A DNA stretch of 63,285 nt, filler included, from Lenisia limosa (Eukaryota; Protista; Breviatea), in NCBI GenBank assembly GCA_001655205.1. It is 15 parts of 15 records of this genome, joined end to end, with 100 filler letters (N's around TTAATTAATTAA, not from the genome) between each part and the next. Parts side by side here need not be neighbours in the genome. Positions count along the whole stretch, not along the records: positions 60,653 to 61,701 come from LPNZ01004463.1; positions 61,802 to 63,285 come from LPNZ01004873.1; 13 more parts are not named here. One strand, 5' to 3'. Position 1 is the first letter of the stretch, and each line of letters opens with the position of its first letter. Below, piece after piece: positions 61,181 to 63,285 of the stretch. The position numbers and the translations under genes were made by a program. The notes below the pieces were generated by a model, which ran no database searches, was not told the origin of the DNA, and saw only the letters and a list, made by a program, of their open reading frames with translations.

Positions 61181-62057
61181 ATAATCTTCAAAGATGCAAT
61201 TTTTTCATGATTTGCAAGGTTATCAAACCTTGCGTAAATTTTATATATCATTTAAGGAATAAAGATATTAATTTTTTGATTTAACCAGCATACTTTTTCA
61301 GGAAGATTGTGAAAGCAGTCGTCAAACTTGCACATAAATCAACTAATTTTGAAAAGGACAGTTTACAGTTAAAATACTCGAAATCTTTTTAAAAAAGGGT
61401 GTGTTAAGGGGTAGATTTTGGTCAAAAAGAAACCAAATACTTGCGCCCAGTCAAAAATACGGAACATTTTAAAAGTGGACACAGTAATGTGACTGGACAC
61501 AATTATTTACCTTCACCTATATGATAATTATACATATATACTATGCCTGTTCCGCTAAACCCTAGACAACCCCAGATTTTTATTGTATTCAAGTTTAACT
61601 GAAGGTAAGTGGGTGTTTTACCTAACTTTACAATACAAGTTAAAAAAATATCCATAAAATTGAAAATTTTGAGATTTATATTTCCACGCGCAACTTTCTC
61701 GNNNNNNNNNNNNNNNNNNNNNNNNNNNNNNNNNNNNNNNNNNNNTTAATTAATTAANNNNNNNNNNNNNNNNNNNNNNNNNNNNNNNNNNNNNNNNNNN
61801 NGGTAATACCTCTCATGTTAAAAACTGGACCAATATGGTCCGGTGGTCCATAAAAGGATATATATACAATTATTTGTATATATCGTTATAGTATTTTCAT
61901 ACCTATATAGTATATATCGATATATATATAATATCTAATAGACTAGCAGAATACTAGATTCGCATTTTTGATGATATGAAACTGTAATCAAGTTCACTCT
62001 AAAAATCATGTGGATGGCTTCTGTGTGATTATATAAGAATATGTCTCGTTACTATTA

Positions 62058-62115
62058 TTTATAAGCGTGATTGTGTGGACGGTTTTAGTCAGACACCATT
62101 TGTATTTTCACATCA
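62058..62115 (+). repeat. family A interspersed repeat
   Basis: TTATAAGCGTGATTGTGTGGACGGTTTTAGTCAGACACCATTTGTATTTTCACATC. Confidence 0.7.
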
Positions 62116-62366
62116 CACCATAAATATTATCATGCATGCATGCATGGGTGGTAGGTTTGTTTCTCCAGTATACATACATGTGTATACTCTGGTTTTGGAT
62201 GTTTCTACCGGTTCCTGAGGTGATGTGGGTTAACACATATCCCTAGTTGTACAGGATACAACTATATATAGCTCCCGCATAGCCATGATAACTACCACCT
62301 AGTCGCCCCTGAAAATGCGATGTTTGATAGTGCGATGTTTGATAATGCGATGTTTGACTGCTTTAG

Positions 62367-63150
62367 ACTGTGACGACAGCCGCACCGGTGGTATTCATCA
62401 CATACTGGATTTTGGTAGGCTATTATTAGGGTTACTTAGGGCTTCACTTCGGTTCAAAAATTATCGATATTTTATCGGTATTTTTCGAACCGAAGTGAAG
62501 CCCAAGGGTTACTCTTTCTTCTTTGAAATGTGAAGTGAAGTCCCAGTTTTTGGGGGTCAATTCGACATATTTTACAGCTGTCCCCTCCCCAATTTCCTTT
62601 CCAAATTCTTTGCCAGTAAAGTTGTTCTGTTTGTATTCGTAAATCATCCCCCCCCCATTTTACCTCCACCCAAGTTANNNNNNNNNNNNNNNNNNNNNNN
62701 NNNNNNNNNNNNNNNNNNNNNNNNNNNNNNNNNNNNNNNNNNNNNNNNNNNNNNNNNNNNNNNNNNNNNNNNNNNNNNNNNNNNNNNNNNNNNNNNNNNN
62801 NNNNNNNNNNNNNNNNNNNNNNNNCGGTATCAACGCCGCTATCGCCCTCACCGAGGTTGGGCCTCCATGTTAATATTCTTATTTCTTGGGCTTAGTGCAA
62901 TTAATTGAAAACTTAATTGCAAAATTTGAAGTGAGACATAGTGTCAATTGGAACTCCATTTCAGACACTATAATTTCAGTTTATATCAATTACTCCTACT
63001 TATGTCTTTTTTTTTGTCAAAACAAATGAGATGGTTTCGATTTCTTTCACTCCCCAGGTACTTTTATCTCGCATCACTCTCTCCCCGATGTTTGTTGTTT
63101 TCCCCATCCTCTACTCAGCCGCATTCGGTGCCTGGTCCTACGTCTACACA
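62367..63150 (+). CDS. probable sideroflexin (mitochondrial tricarboxylate/serine carrier), internal exons
   Basis: GINAAIALTE + VLLSRITLSPMFVVFP aligns with SFXN NAAKQAITQVVVSRILMAAPGM. The upstream hydrophobic exon TVTTAAPVVFITYWIL fits the preceding helix. Confidence 0.55.
62437..62505. mobile_element. hAT-type MITE (family B), short copy with perfect 8-bp TSD
   Basis: 17-bp perfect inverted repeat GGGCTTCACTTCGGTTC/GAACCGAAGTGAAGCCC, TAGGG terminus, flanked by GGGTTACT at 62429-62436 and 62506-62513. Confidence 0.9.
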
Positions 63151-63285
63151 GTAACATTTAATGAGTATGAGGGCCTATACGCTGTAACATGGTGTCATCT
63201 GGCTTTGAGTGCTTTTCGATACTTGTTGATTTGTTTACTGATTATTCGGTCCGTGAGTAGTTCCTTTACTCAAGTATTATTCTTT

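Noticed and set aside
62427-62441. TTAGGG hexamers
   Set aside because: Isolated copies produced by the MITE terminus and its TSD, not a telomeric array.
62437-62505. Family B as a TA-duplicating Tc1/mariner MITE
   Set aside because: The TA is part of the TAGGG/CCCTA terminus; 8-bp flanking duplications in three copies point to hAT instead.

Overview
Draft-assembly DNA from an intron-rich unicellular eukaryote. It uses the standard code and mostly GT-AG introns; many introns are ~35-60 nt and others are enlarged by inserts. The window is cut into 15 segments by 14 artificial 100-nt spacers (N44-TTAATTAATTAA-N44), and several recognisable genes are truncated at them, so gene neighbourhoods across spacers are not trustworthy. 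Recognisable genes, built from manually spliced exons: 2-oxoglutarate dehydrogenase E1 (N-terminal part), CtIP/Sae2, the C-terminus of a DEAH/RHA helicase, an ankyrin-repeat protein, a RanBP2-zinc-finger/FG protein (Nup153-like), coatomer alpha (COPA, N-terminal half), an RRM protein with a Glu/Lys/Val repeat, an NCBP3-like protein, a kinesin-2 motor domain, a divergent protein kinase, an apparently intron-containing pogo/Fot1-type transposase fragment and a probable sideroflexin, plus several hypothetical multi-exon genes. The least ordinary signal is in the introns. There is a palindromic hAT-type MITE family (8-bp TSDs, CGATA cluster, mirrored arm substitutions), a TA-flanked Tc1/mariner/pogo-type MITE family (one copy amplified into a 40-bp array), and an unclassified repeat that lies mostly sense to host genes and often just upstream of 3' splice sites. 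Short tandem duplications that copy splice signals also recur. Gene boundaries are approximate, and all family assignments come from recalled motifs, not database searches.
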